A stretch of 63,684 nt of DNA, the filler included, from Bigelowiella natans CCMP2755 (lineage: Eukaryota; Protista; Cercozoa), in NCBI GenBank assembly GCA_000320545.1. It is 3 parts of 3 records of this genome, joined end to end, with 100 filler letters (N's around TTAATTAATTAA, not from the genome) between each part and the next. Parts side by side here need not be neighbours in the genome. Positions count along the whole stretch, not along the records: positions 22,709 to 50,839 come from ADNK01002906.1; 2 more parts are not named here. One strand, written 5' to 3'. The position numbers and the translations under genes were made by a program. The notes under the pieces were generated by a model. The model did no database searches and was not told the origin of the DNA. It worked only from the letters and a program-made list of their open reading frames with translations. Each line of letters begins with the position of its first letter. The stretch's first letter is position 1. Below are positions 29,657 through 40,784 of the stretch, one piece after another.

Positions 29657-30016
29657 ATGATCTCCGCCGCCCTCCTCGTCATCTCTTCCCTGACCTTCAG
29701 CGCAATGGCACTGGAACACAAGCCCTCGCAAATGTTCCTGGAGGCTAATGCAACCAAGGCCGTTGCTGCCAGGTTTAACAGAATCGGAGATGTCTGCCTT
29801 GGAGATGAAATTGGAGGCGCTACTGAAGGTCTGGCATCCCTGGGAAGCCTCAATGCCGTAGCAATGTTCAACGAATGCAAGAGAAACTGTGAAAGCAGCG
29901 GAGCTTGCATCGCCTTCAACGTAGCATATGATGACGCCGTCGGAGAGGCGCAGCAAGCTGTATGCTACGAGTACAAGACCATCGTAGGGGTGATGCCGCA
30001 CAGAAAACAACCCTAA
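29657..30016 (+). CDS. Small secreted Cys-rich protein, PAN/apple-like
   Basis: Single exon; signal peptide MISAALLVISSLTFSAMA; CKRNCESSGACIAFN...CYEY Cys spacing. Confidence 0.6.
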   Translation: MISAALLVISSLTFSAMALEHKPSQMFLEANATKAVAARFNRIGDVCLGDEIGGATEGLASLGSLNAVAMFNECKRNCESSGACIAFNVAYDDAVGEAQQAVCYEYKTIVGVMPHRKQP

Positions 30017-30849
30017 GGCTAACCATGAAGCCTAACCATGATATCCACAGTAATTATAAATCAAGGGTAACTTTGTTTGCGTATGTGTTGTATGTGTAAT
30101 ACTCAGAGCGAATTGTACGGGGATTTGTACATCAACAAGAGGCACCTCAAGGATAACAAGTTTGGACCTCATGAGCACATTCTTGGTTGCTACATTCAAG
30201 TGAATCAAGGGTGCTAAAAATGATGTAGCTAGGATTCTTATTAGCTTAGTAGAAGAGTCGTCGAAAACTTGGAATCTCATTGTCGTCACAAGTAGCCGAC
30301 CCTTAACCTAGAAATTATTAATAAAATGAATTGAAATGGAATGTAAATGAGTAGCGCCACGCTACCATAAGGATCCATTATCTTTAAATTAGAAAGTGGA
30401 CATTGATGAAAAAATATCATTGCACAATCGCTACTCGCAAGTTAGGGAATGTGCAACATCAAGGGACAACCTTCCAGCACTGCTAGTGACCGCATAGCAT
30501 CTGCGGGCGCTACTGCCGCCGATCGCATTGGCGTCAAAAATACGACGCCAGTGTATCATGCATGATGTGTCAGTACGCCTCAGTGCATTGTGTTTACAAT
30601 GACCAGCAGAAACTTGCAACATCGACTTTGCGAGTTGCACAAACCATGCTTTGTGCGCGCGGCCAGCGGCGCGCTCCACAGCTCCGTCAAACCTGTAACG
30701 AATCGCTAGAACATGCATTTAGAAGCTTTTGCGCGCGACCAAGCGCGTCATGTGATGTGATGGACATTGGATTTGCTCGCATTCTTTAAAATTTTTCGTG
30801 CATGTCACATTTGGTCAAACACACGCGCAAAAGCATCCAAAATATGGCA

Positions 30850-31481
30850 GAGAACAAACGCGCAGCGTGCATCCTCTGCGCAACGCGGTGTGAATTTTCA
30901 CACTTTGTCATTTCGTTGGAAGGAAAGTGGGTCATTAGCTGGGTTCGCATTGCACATGCTGCCTCCCCATGCCCTCTCGAAGCAACGGTTGTCACCCGGA
31001 TGACGATTTGGTGTTGCCTCAGGACAACCATTGTCCAACTTTTTGCAGCATTGAGTTGGAGCAGGAGCGGCCATGCAACATTTTTTGTCATTTCGTTGGA
31101 AGGCAACTAGGTCATTAGCTGGGTCCACATTGCACATGTTGCCTCCCCACACCTTCTCGAAGCAACGGTTGTTAGCCGGATGACGATTTGGCATTGTCTC
31201 AGGACAACCATTGTCTAGCGTTCTGCAGCATTGAGATTCAGCAGGATTGGGAGTGGGCATCACAGTGGGATTAGGAGTAGGCATTGGCGTCGGAGGCGGT
31301 GTTGGAAATGCTGTTGGGTACGTGGAAGATGCGATTCCGTTTTGAAACGCTTTGTGGAACTCGACTTCCTCGATGAGGGAAGAGTTAGCCTCTTGCTGCT
31401 CATTCAAGGCAATGAACAATGAACAATGAAGAAAGCGTTGATCAAAACTACATGCGCCAGAACCACATGGGAGACAGGCAT
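30850..31481 (-). pseudogene. Degraded gene for secreted protein with Pro/Thr stalk and two ~60-aa Cys-rich repeats
   Basis: MPVSHVVLAHVVLINAFF leader frameshifted at a (TTCATTG)x3 run; PTPPPTPMPTPNPT stalk; 180-bp tandem repeat QCC..LDNGCPE..PNRHP..NRCFE..WGG.MCN..PAND; lies in a TpA-poor island. Confidence 0.6.
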
Positions 31482-31604
31482 TTGCACGCAGCAGAGCCTC
31501 AACAACACTCGTTGCAAGGACTTGTCAGCACCCTGTTGGTGAGAGACACAAAAAATCAGCCGCATCCCATGAAATTGGCATGGATGCCGACACGTGCACG
31601 AAGA

Positions 31605-31733
31605 GGGTTAGGGTTACCCTAATGACATTCTTTTCAAAATGATCAGTTTTCTACGGTAATTACCGGTAATTACCGGTAGAAATGATCAGTTTTCTACGGT
31701 AATTACCGGTAATTACCGGTATTTACCGGTAGA
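31605..31733. repeat. Telomere-like GGGTTAGGGTTACCCTAA followed by a 43-bp direct repeat built from palindromic (TAATTACCGG)n units
   Basis: Read directly: aaatgatcagttttctacggtaattaccggtaattaccggta twice. Confidence 0.85.
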
Positions 31734-31918
31734 AGCGTCAATGACGTAAAAGGGTCTCATCATATTTGTGTGCACAAACGACTTATTTAGACAAAAAAAT
31801 ATTGATGTTTTATGTACGTCAATATTTCATTAAATATTTCGCGTAACTTCGGTAACGACTTCCCCTCTCCTCTTTCTCAGTACATTGCATCTTGCCGGAC
31901 ACAAGGTGAAGCGCCGTC

Positions 31919-33974
31919 ATGGGTGATAGCAGTCCCCCACAGTTGGACAAAATTCCCTCTGTCTCTTCGTACGACGGTTCGAAGAAGTTTGCAATGAAGG
32001 AAATCGTTTGGAAAACAATCATGAACGGAGGCGACCCACTAGCGGCAATCACCAGCGTTGCATGGAAGGTTGCATTGAAGGGTGCTCACGTCGAAGCTAT
32101 GGGCGTGCTTGGGAAGTCTCTAAACCTTGACAGAATTGACTTAAGTGTTGACGAATTAGAAAGAAAACTCCTTCACAACTATTCGTGGAAGAGCTGCTCC
32201 GCATCTAATAGTTCAATGGAGACCAAGACGCGCGAATCTGTTCTGATAACATGGGGCATTTTGTTCTCCAAAATGGCTTATCTGAGCGTACCCAAGATCG
32301 AAGATATTAAGAACAAACTGGGGTTTCGATCTTATAGATCAGCGTATATTGAGGACCGAGAAATTGAGGGCTTTACGCAGGCCGCTATGCTGTATAACGA
32401 AGACGAGATCATCGTCATCTTACGTGGAACGAAGAGCTCGAAGGATATGCTTCACAACAGCGAGTTTGCGCTCAAGGATCATGTTCATCGTGGCTGGCGC
32501 TGGCTGGCAAAATATCTTTGGAAAGGGTTCTGTAGAAAGGTGGGTGAATTGGAGGAAAAGGGAGATTCAGCTAACCCAAAGCGGCGACGTGTCCATTTAT
32601 TTGGACATAGCCTCGGTGGCGCCCTTGCGGTTCTCTTGGCTGAGAACTATTTTTCAAAGAATCCCAAGCTTTTCCAGGTCTGTAAAGTAGTAACCTTCGG
32701 CAAGCCAAAAGTCGGGGACGCGGCCTTCGTGGAGAGAGTTGCGAATAGCCTGAGGGGCGTCGTGTGGAACGTGGTCTATTCCGATGGAAAATCGCACGAT
32801 CGCATCTGTAGTTTCCCAACTGGCGAGAGATACAAACACGAGGGCAAGAAAATTATTCTGAAAGACTGGGAACACAACTGCGAGGATGAGGATGAAGACA
32901 ACGAAGGGCGCGATGGCGATGAATGGGAGCACAAGACGTACGATGAGTTAGAAGCACAAGGATCCGCAGAGGCGCACGATAGAACAGACGACTCATCGGC
33001 AATCAACGACCCTCGGAATGCACGGGAGAGCGCTAGCTCCTTTACAGCTGCTAAGAGCATCGTTTACACCGGTGTTGGAACCATCTCAAACAAGATAAGT
33101 ACTGCCTGTGCGCACCTGAAGGAAGCAAGTGCGAAGGAATCGTTGATAGAATCTGGACGATACCTGTACAATGAGGTAAAAGTAATAATATACGTGCTTT
33201 TTTGCTTTACTCGAGTGACAGTAGGGCACCACAAGCTTCTTGCACGGTCGTTAATACTTGCTGCGCCTTCAGGTTGAGTACGCTATGAATCCTACAAGAC
33301 TCATGCGCCACAGACCGTCGCTGTACTTTAGAGCTGCGTGGCAAAACATCCCAGCAGAAAAAGGTACCACGACTAAAATGCTCTTCCATGTGTAGCCGAC
33401 AATTAGACGCTTTGCATAGAATGATGCGGAGGAAGGAAGAATTGCCTTATGTCTTCTACTACGCATGTTGATTTGGGAAAATACCCACTGAGCTGTGTGC
33501 GTACATGTTATGTTTCTCGCAAAATACGACGTAGCTATTCTAGAAAAGATCCGAAAGGTGCCGACTGCAAATGGCCTGTCCGTGGCGTCTGAGGGGGGGA
33601 AGCAAAAGAAAGCATTAAAAAAAGAGGCAGATTCCAAGGATGCTGCTGAAGCCAATGGCATCAATGACGCATCGCAGCACATCAACATTCCTGCTAGGTC
33701 CTCCCGCACATTCGACAAAATCTGCAACTTTGCCAAAGGAGGGACGTTTGATTGGCATCTGAAACTGAAAGAAAAAGACATTTCACTGAGAATCGACTGG
33801 ATTGACGGGGAGGGTGTTCCAAAAGCTGTTTTTGGTACCAACAGAGTTTCGGAGCACAGAGGGACATTGGCAGTGAAATCAAGGGGACAACTTCTATTCA
33901 CTTTTGACAACGGATACAGCTGGATGAAACCGAAGGACGTTCACCTCGGTGTCACGTTTAAACCTTTGAGCTGA
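31919..33974 (+). CDS. Class 3 lipase with C-terminal GOLD domain (3 exons)
   Basis: IIVILRGT, HLFGHSLGGALA nucleophile elbow, VTFGKPKVGD, HDRI, MRHRPSLY (exon 2); C-terminal LLFTFDNGYSWMKPKDV GOLD signature; introns ~33176-33272 and ~33364-33534. Confidence 0.85.
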
Positions 33975-34627
33975 AGGACAAATGATAACTTCTCTTAAAA
34001 GAGAGAGAAGGCACCGCCAGCATGACACGGTTGGCCGTCGATCGCATCAAATGCGGACGCACGATGATCAACCACGTACACGTTCGACCACGTGTAGCCA
34101 ACATCAATTGATGGGAAATGAAATAAGGGGCATGATAGCATGGCACATGTTTCTGCTACGCATCTGTCTGGCATTCATTTCTCACACATGGCCAGCGCAG
34201 GCTGACAGCTAGGCAGCACAGAAAGAAAGCGAGGCCCCACATGAAAATGACACTGCTGCATGCATGAAACGGATGCAATGAACGTGTTGATTTTTTTCAA
34301 TTGTTATCCCTGCGTAGTCATGCAAAGTTGCGGCCACTCTGGCCACTGCTGCATGTGCGAAGCTCACGTTGTGCGTCACGTGCAGTGCAAGCATGCCTGT
34401 GGCTGGACATCACCCCGATCGTGAATCAAATGGTTCCAACACAGACGACACGAGTGATCACACACACGATGAGGGCGACGAATCCAGTTCAATGAACGCG
34501 ATGCAACACGATGAAGGTGATGACGAAACAAGCGCAGTGCCAATTGTGTGTGATGTGCAAGTGACAATGACAACAATCATTGCAACTGCCAATGGCAGTG
34601 TGTGTGCAAGGCACACCTCGCAAAGCG

Positions 34628-35055
34628 ATGCGACAGCATCATGCGACTGTGTCATTGTGCTGCATCACATTGCATCATCATGCTTGTGTTTCCCAGGGGG
34701 CATTTTTTGAGGGCGGGGGCAGCATGTGTGAAGTGTGTGAGCATTTTGATGCATGCATGCATGCACATCATGAAAAGTTTGGTTTTTGTAATGCCCCACA
34801 TCCCCCCCTTGATCATGTGCCGTGCCGAGCTATGTGCTATGTGCTGTGCGGTGCGAAGCGACATGCGACTATGTCATGCGACAGCATCATGCGACTGTGT
34901 CATTGTGCTGCATCATGTCACATTGTCATACTCATGTTTCATCTGGGCATGTTTTCAGGGGGCGGGGGTTACACACATAAAGTATGTGAGTATTTTAATA
35001 TGTACATGTACATGTATACATACATGTTAAAAAGTTTGGTTTTTGAAAAGCCCCA
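34628..35055. repeat. Degenerate ~170-bp direct repeat pair (34628-34800 and 34876-35055) near the element's left edge
   Basis: Shared atgcgacagcatcatgcgactgtgtcattgtgctgcatca...gggcggggg...aaaagtttggtttttg. Confidence 0.8.
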
Positions 35056-35169
35056 GAAGCCCTCATTGATTGCAAAATGAAGGAGGTAAAAGAAAGCACT
35101 AATTTGAGTGGGGTTGAAATTAAAAATGAAGAGGAAAACGATATAAAGAATTGGATATTATGACATTAA

Positions 35170-35664
35170 ATGGAAGAGTTAAAAAATGAATTATTAAAAA
35201 TAAGAAAAAACATGAAAATAATACAACTTGATGTCGCTAAAATGAGAAATAGTTTGAAAGAGGAGCATGTCAGTGTGGAAAAAGGTTGTGCTTTGGAGGG
35301 AAAAATTAAAAATGATGGAAGAAAGTTATATAAATTGTTAAAAGAAGAAATGAGAATAGCGACCAAAATGCATAGAATGAAGAACAGAGAAAAAATGAAA
35401 TGATACAGCAAAAACTACAGAGAAGCAAATGAAGAAAAAATAAATCAACAAAAGAAAGAATGCAGAGAAGCGAACAAAGAAAAAATAAAACAATACAACA
35501 AAAAATATAGAGAAGCAAACAAAGAAAAAATGTTAGAAGAAATGAAACAAAAGGTAGATTGTGAGTTCTGCAATTGTGCTGTGACCAAAAAGCATTTACG
35601 AAGACATCAAAGAACCAAGAAATGTTTGAAAACAAGACAACAACACACACCATCAACAAAGTAG
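35170..35664 (+). pseudogene. Virus-type basic protein with YREANKEK repeats and C-terminal zinc finger; internal TGA
   Basis: Reading through TGA at 35401-35403 gives YREANEEK/CREANKEK/YREANKEK...VDCEFCNCAVTKKHLRRHQRTKKC. Confidence 0.7.
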
Positions 35665-36190
35665 AACATACAAACACATGTTCCTACCTGCAAAACAAAC
35701 AATTGACATTCAAATGGTGTGCCTACAAGGACATTTCACCACAAGTTTTCACAAAACAAATGAACATCGCATCAAATTTGTGTGATGTTCATTTGTGCGA
35801 CTGCTTACATGCGACTGCTATTACGAAGCGATGTGCCGTGCCAATGCACATGCGACTGCCATTACGAAGCAACATGCTGACACATGTGCGACTGCTACAA
35901 CACACATGCTCAACAACACATGCCATTAGCAAAAGGATTCCACTTTTGCAAAACATCCAACTATGATTTCCATTCAAAGAATTGTCTCACTGTGAGATTG
36001 ATATGAGCAATGTTGATCAAGTAAATGCAAGCAGCACAGCAGATGAAATCCATGATGTTGACTGCAAACTCAGTGAAATCGTCCTCGCAATGGATGAACT
36101 AAAAGCCGAACTGAATCCTGAATTCCATCGCAAACTGAGAGATGAACTGATGGAAGTCCACATTTGTCTAATGAGCGAAGTTGTAGATGG

Positions 36191-39001
36191 TCATGAACAA
36201 CTACACTTTCTCCAGACTGGACCCGATGTGTGTGCGGAAGCAGTCCACACAGCGATGCGAATGTGCTCCCCAGATTTGAGATGACCATCACCATGCCCAC
36301 CAACAGCAAACAGTTTGCCATCCCCAAAGGCCACACCCAAAGCATTCCTCTCAGTGTTCATGTCAGGGATTTCCTTCCACCCCGCACCCACATTCTTCAA
36401 ATCCAGATGCTCCCCAGATTTGAGACGAATGCCACCATCATGCCCACCAACAGCAAACAGTTTGCCATCCCCAAAGGCCACACCCAAACGACACCTCCAA
36501 GCATTCATGTCAAGAATTTTCGTCCACCCCGCTTTCACATTCTTCAAATCCAGATGCTCCCCAGATTTGAGACGATTGCTACCATCATGCCCACCAACAG
36601 CAAATGGTTTGTCATCCCCAACGACCACACCCAAACCACTCCTCTCAGCATTCACATCAGGGATTTTCTTCCACCCCGCATCCATTTTCTTCAAATCCAG
36701 GTGCTCCCCAGATTCGAGACGAATGCTGCCATCACACCCACCAACAGCAAACAGTTTGCCATCCCCAACGGCCACACTCAAAGCACTTCTCTCAGTGTTC
36801 ATGTCAGGGATTTTCGTCCACCCCGCATCCACATCCTTCAAATCCAGATGCTCCCCAGATTCACCACCAAACCCACCAACAGCAAACAGTTTGCCATTCC
36901 CAACGGCCACACCCAAACCTTTCCTCAAAGCATTCATGTCAGGCAGTTTCTTCCACCAAGATTTGCATGGCTGCATTGATTTGGGTTTCAAGTTTGTCGT
37001 CGTCGTTGCAGAGGTCGATGATGAAATTGAAATCCATCTCCAGAAACATCCCCGTGATCTTCGGGGCCAGTTTGTCCCCGACCACTTTCTTGATCTTGCG
37101 ATGGAGGACTTCCCCCGCGAAGTCCTTCCACTCCCGCTCGGTGCTCACCCCCAGGATTTGCATGGCTGCATTGATTTGGGTTTTGAGTTTGTCGTCGTCG
37201 TTGCAGAGATCGATGATGGAATCAAAATCCATCTCCAGAAACATCCCCGTGATCTTCGGGGCTAGTTTGTCCCCGACCACTTTCTTGATCTTGCGATGGA
37301 GGACTTCCCCCGCGAAGTCCTTCCACTCCCGCTCGGTGGCAGGAGTGGAAGGACTTCGCTCCAGCTTTTCTTCCAGCTCCCGGATGAGTTTGTTGGCCTC
37401 CTCCTCTGCCTTCTGCTTCTCCTCCAACAATTTCCTCTCATCCGCTTCTGCTCTCGCTTCTGCTCTCGCCTCAGCCTCCCTGACGGCCTCTTCTTTGTTC
37501 TTCTCGGCCATCTCCAACTTCTCTTTGAGCTCCTCTGCTTCGTCGTCCAATCCAAGTTGCTTCAAAAACTGGAGAGAACTCGTTTTGGGAGCAATCTTGT
37601 TGAACCCTTCGGCCAGTTGACCTGCCTTGGGTCGCTTGGTTCTGTCTGTGTTCAGGCACAATTTCATGGTTTCCTTGAGAATCGGGTCTGTCTCATCCAT
37701 GTTGTCATGCTTCAGCCTCCCGTTCTCTGCAGCATCTCTCAAGACATTCTTGCTCACCCCTTCAAACGGCATTCTCATCTCTACGAGGTGGCACATCACC
37801 AGTCCCAGTCCCCAAATGTCCGACTTGTGACCGCATTCACCACTGAACTGTTCGGGAGGCGACCACTCTGGTGTTCCTCCAGTGGAGACCTTCATCTGCG
37901 AGAAGGTGGAGCTCGTGTGGGCAGAGGCCAGACCGAAATCCAAAATCCGCCCATTTCGCCACCCCTCGCTCATCCACTAGCACATTTTGGCTTTTTGCAT
38001 CGTGGTGAATGACTCGTTTTTCGTGCAGAAAATGAAGTCCGTTCGCCAATTGCTTGGACCAAATGAGGCGATGCTCGTTCCCAATTGTGCATGTGTCACA
38101 GTCATCAATCACATCACTCAAGCTTCCGAGAGAGCAGCAATCCATCACAACAAAGACATTCGGTTCCATCGCCCCTCCAAACACCCGAACAACATTCTCG
38201 TGCCGAAGGGAAACCGATGCAGTGAGCTCTTTCTTGAAAAGCTCCATTTCCTTCAGGGCAGCATTGGAGCTACCAAACTTGGTTTTGGACTCCTCAAAAG
38301 CGACATCCATCCCCTGATGCTTGGCCAGATGTGCGATTCCCATTCCACCCTCTCCTGATTCTTTTGTGATCTTGACATTCTCTCTGCGAATCACCCACTT
38401 GGCCTCTGAAATCCGTTCCCTCTCCAGTGGTCGTTTCAGCTCGTTCACATCTTTCTTGCTAGCCTCCACCCAAAAAGGAAATGTCATTGTGTTGATGGGG
38501 ACAGGATCAAAATCAAAATGGTCTCACCTCCTTCTGCCGATTGCTCTTGGCCACCTGTTCCAGTCCATCAATCACCTCGTCGCGGAATTTGCGATGCTCC
38601 TCCTCACAACGATTCAGTTCTGCGAGAATGTCGGTCTGGAGCAGCTCATTGATGCGGAACGTCTGTTTCATCAGGCGACCAGATTCCGATTTGTTCTCAG
38701 ACCGTTTCCAAAAGCATTTCTTGAACCAGCCCTGACCTTGGAACGATGCGACAAAGTCTCGCACTTCATCAAAACATTCCTCAATTTCTTTGAGAACTCC
38801 CTGATTCAGCTTCCGATTGTGCAGATTGACCACGGAAGATTTCAAGAGGCTGAAGCACTTCTTCAGTTCCTTCACCATTCGGTTGTTCTCTTTGGCCTCG
38901 TCCAAGACGGAGCATGTGCAATTGTGGGCCTCCAAGATTTCTCCCACATTGACCACCACAGTGAGTGAATTGAGATGTGCGGATTCGCAACTGTTCGCCA
39001 T
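36191..39001 (-). pseudogene. MLKL-like helical N-domain + TKL kinase + coiled coil + 2x MLLE(PABC) + Kelch repeats; inactivated
   Basis: Kinase GEGGMG..LRHENVV..VIHHDAKSQNVLVD..ADFG/LA..GTPEWSPPE..KSDIW; MLLE GEVLHRKI..LAPKITGMFLEMD x2 (195-bp repeat); five Kelch repeats (~147 bp); 7-nt insertion at DFG, frameshift before Kelch, one intron with a mutated acceptor. Confidence 0.85.
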
Positions 39002-39121
39002 TTCCAAGAGTTTCCTGAAGATTTCACTGAACATCCGCAAAAACCGCCTTTGTTTCAATGTTCATTCAGTGAAGTGCGAACTTCGGTTTTCGTTTCCTGA
39101 CATTTTGCGATTTCAACACCT

Positions 39122-39529
39122 TCAACCCACCTCCAGGAGGGTCACCATGGGAATGCAGACATTCTTCATGCAACACCCTCTGTGTTTGAGATGAGTGGTT
39201 TTCATTTTGAATGCATCAAATGCTTCTTTGTCGCATTGGACACATTTGATTTTGTCAGTGAACTTGAAGAAGAAATGAATGGTTTTGCTCGTGTCTGTGT
39301 TTTGCATCTTCTCAATGTTGATGCAGGTGGCATCGCATTCATCGCTCCTCATTTTTCTTCCTTTTACTTCTACCAGTGTCTTTTTGAGTTCATCCTCAAA
39401 GTCAAACTTTGAACACCTGCTCTTTGCTATCAATTTTACTTTTAAGAGGTTTTCCATCAGCGGTTTCATCTCTAATTCGGTCTTGTGACCTGCTATGTAC
39501 TCCTCGTTACTACAGATGTTTTTGTACAT
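39122..39529 (-). CDS. PD-(D/E)xK-family nuclease, viral type; 3' half hypermutated
   Basis: SKFDFED..LVEVKGRK..C(Y)DAT..K..H(Y)FFFKFTD pattern. Confidence 0.6.
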   Translation of the reverse strand: MYKNICSNEEYIAGHKTELEMKPLMENLLKVKLIAKSRCSKFDFEDELKKTLVEVKGRKMRSDECDATCINIEKMQNTDTSKTIHFFFKFTDKIKCVQCDKEAFDAFKMKTTHLKHRGCCMKNVCIPMVTLLEVG

Positions 39530-39573
39530 GTTGAAAACAATTTACATAATATTTCATTCTAAACGAATATAAC

Positions 39574-40719
39574 ATGACAAAAGATAAAATACCTTTGTTA
39601 GGCAACCTACTACTGCGAAAAGGGTTTTACAGCAAAGAGATAGAGGACATACTAAACCTGGTCGCATTCAATAAGAAGAATGTGGAGGTGTTAGGTAGTT
39701 TTCAATTACGGAGTCAGTTCTATTTCAGTGATATTGACCTCTTTGAAAGCAATGTTAGAATACCAATCAACAGGATAGCAGATGGATTCAAAAAGAAAAT
39801 AAAGAAGATGCTGAACGACGATAAATACTATATTGGTGATACAAAATGCGGAGTGGCGGAGCATTTGAGGGTAATAAATGATAATATATATATCCACAAC
39901 AATAAGGTACATAATTACAACCGAAAGGAGATATTGGAGAGATTACACAGACTGAGAAAGCATTTACCTGACTACAAGAAACTAAAAAGACTGATTATCA
40001 CCAATCCTAATGAGGAGCAGATAAATAAAATAAAACAAATATTCAGGTTTCATATCGTCAGGTGGACCCCAAGAGAGATATTACAAGGTTGTAAGACTTT
40101 GATAGATGATAGTAAATACAAATTAGTAGAGGGAATGAAATCTCCTGCTCTCTTTAAGTTAGATTTTTACAAGTATATGAATAATAATAATTTTTTAGAG
40201 TTTAGTATCATTTATGATTTACGGAATAGCAAAGGGCAGAAACTAAACAATATACCATACGATACGAAGCAAACACTACTTAACGACATCCACAAATACA
40301 CAACAGAGGGTCAATATTTTAAGGTTTTGAAAAGGAGGTTTTCTTCATTACGATACGAGCATGTTTTTGAGAAGAAGAAGAGTAATAAGTCCAAATTAAT
40401 CGTTCTCTCAAAGATGCTAAATAGCAACTTGGGGAATTTATATCAAGTCAAAGCACTTATAGACAACCTACTCTTCTTAATAGAGAACTTTGATGATTTA
40501 AATAAGGATAGAATAAACAAATCTATTGACGACATCATAGATAAATTATCCTTTGTAAGTTTAAGCAAGTTTGTGAGAGAGGAAGATGACATCATAGATG
40601 ATTTAAAAATGATGCTAAAGGGCAAGTCTATCGGTGATATGAGTGAAAACCTGGAGGATATTTATAATACCATAGGAGATATTATAAATAAAGAAAGTTA
40701 TAAGTATATTAAAATATAA
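39574..40719 (+). CDS. Putative Pol-beta-superfamily nucleotidyltransferase (intact, 381 aa)
   Basis: VLGSFQLRSQFYFSDIDLFE fits hGS-x(n)-DhD; later FKLDF may supply the third carboxylate; intronless, AT-rich, Tyr-normal. Confidence 0.6.
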   Translation: MTKDKIPLLGNLLLRKGFYSKEIEDILNLVAFNKKNVEVLGSFQLRSQFYFSDIDLFESNVRIPINRIADGFKKKIKKMLNDDKYYIGDTKCGVAEHLRVINDNIYIHNNKVHNYNRKEILERLHRLRKHLPDYKKLKRLIITNPNEEQINKIKQIFRFHIVRWTPREILQGCKTLIDDSKYKLVEGMKSPALFKLDFYKYMNNNNFLEFSIIYDLRNSKGQKLNNIPYDTKQTLLNDIHKYTTEGQYFKVLKRRFSSLRYEHVFEKKKSNKSKLIVLSKMLNSNLGNLYQVKALIDNLLFLIENFDDLNKDRINKSIDDIIDKLSFVSLSKFVREEDDIIDDLKMMLKGKSIGDMSENLEDIYNTIGDIINKESYKYIKI

Positions 40720-40784
40720 ATTCAACCCTTTCAACAATATAATAAATACTCTTGAAGGTGTTGAAATTAAAATTCACAACAAAT

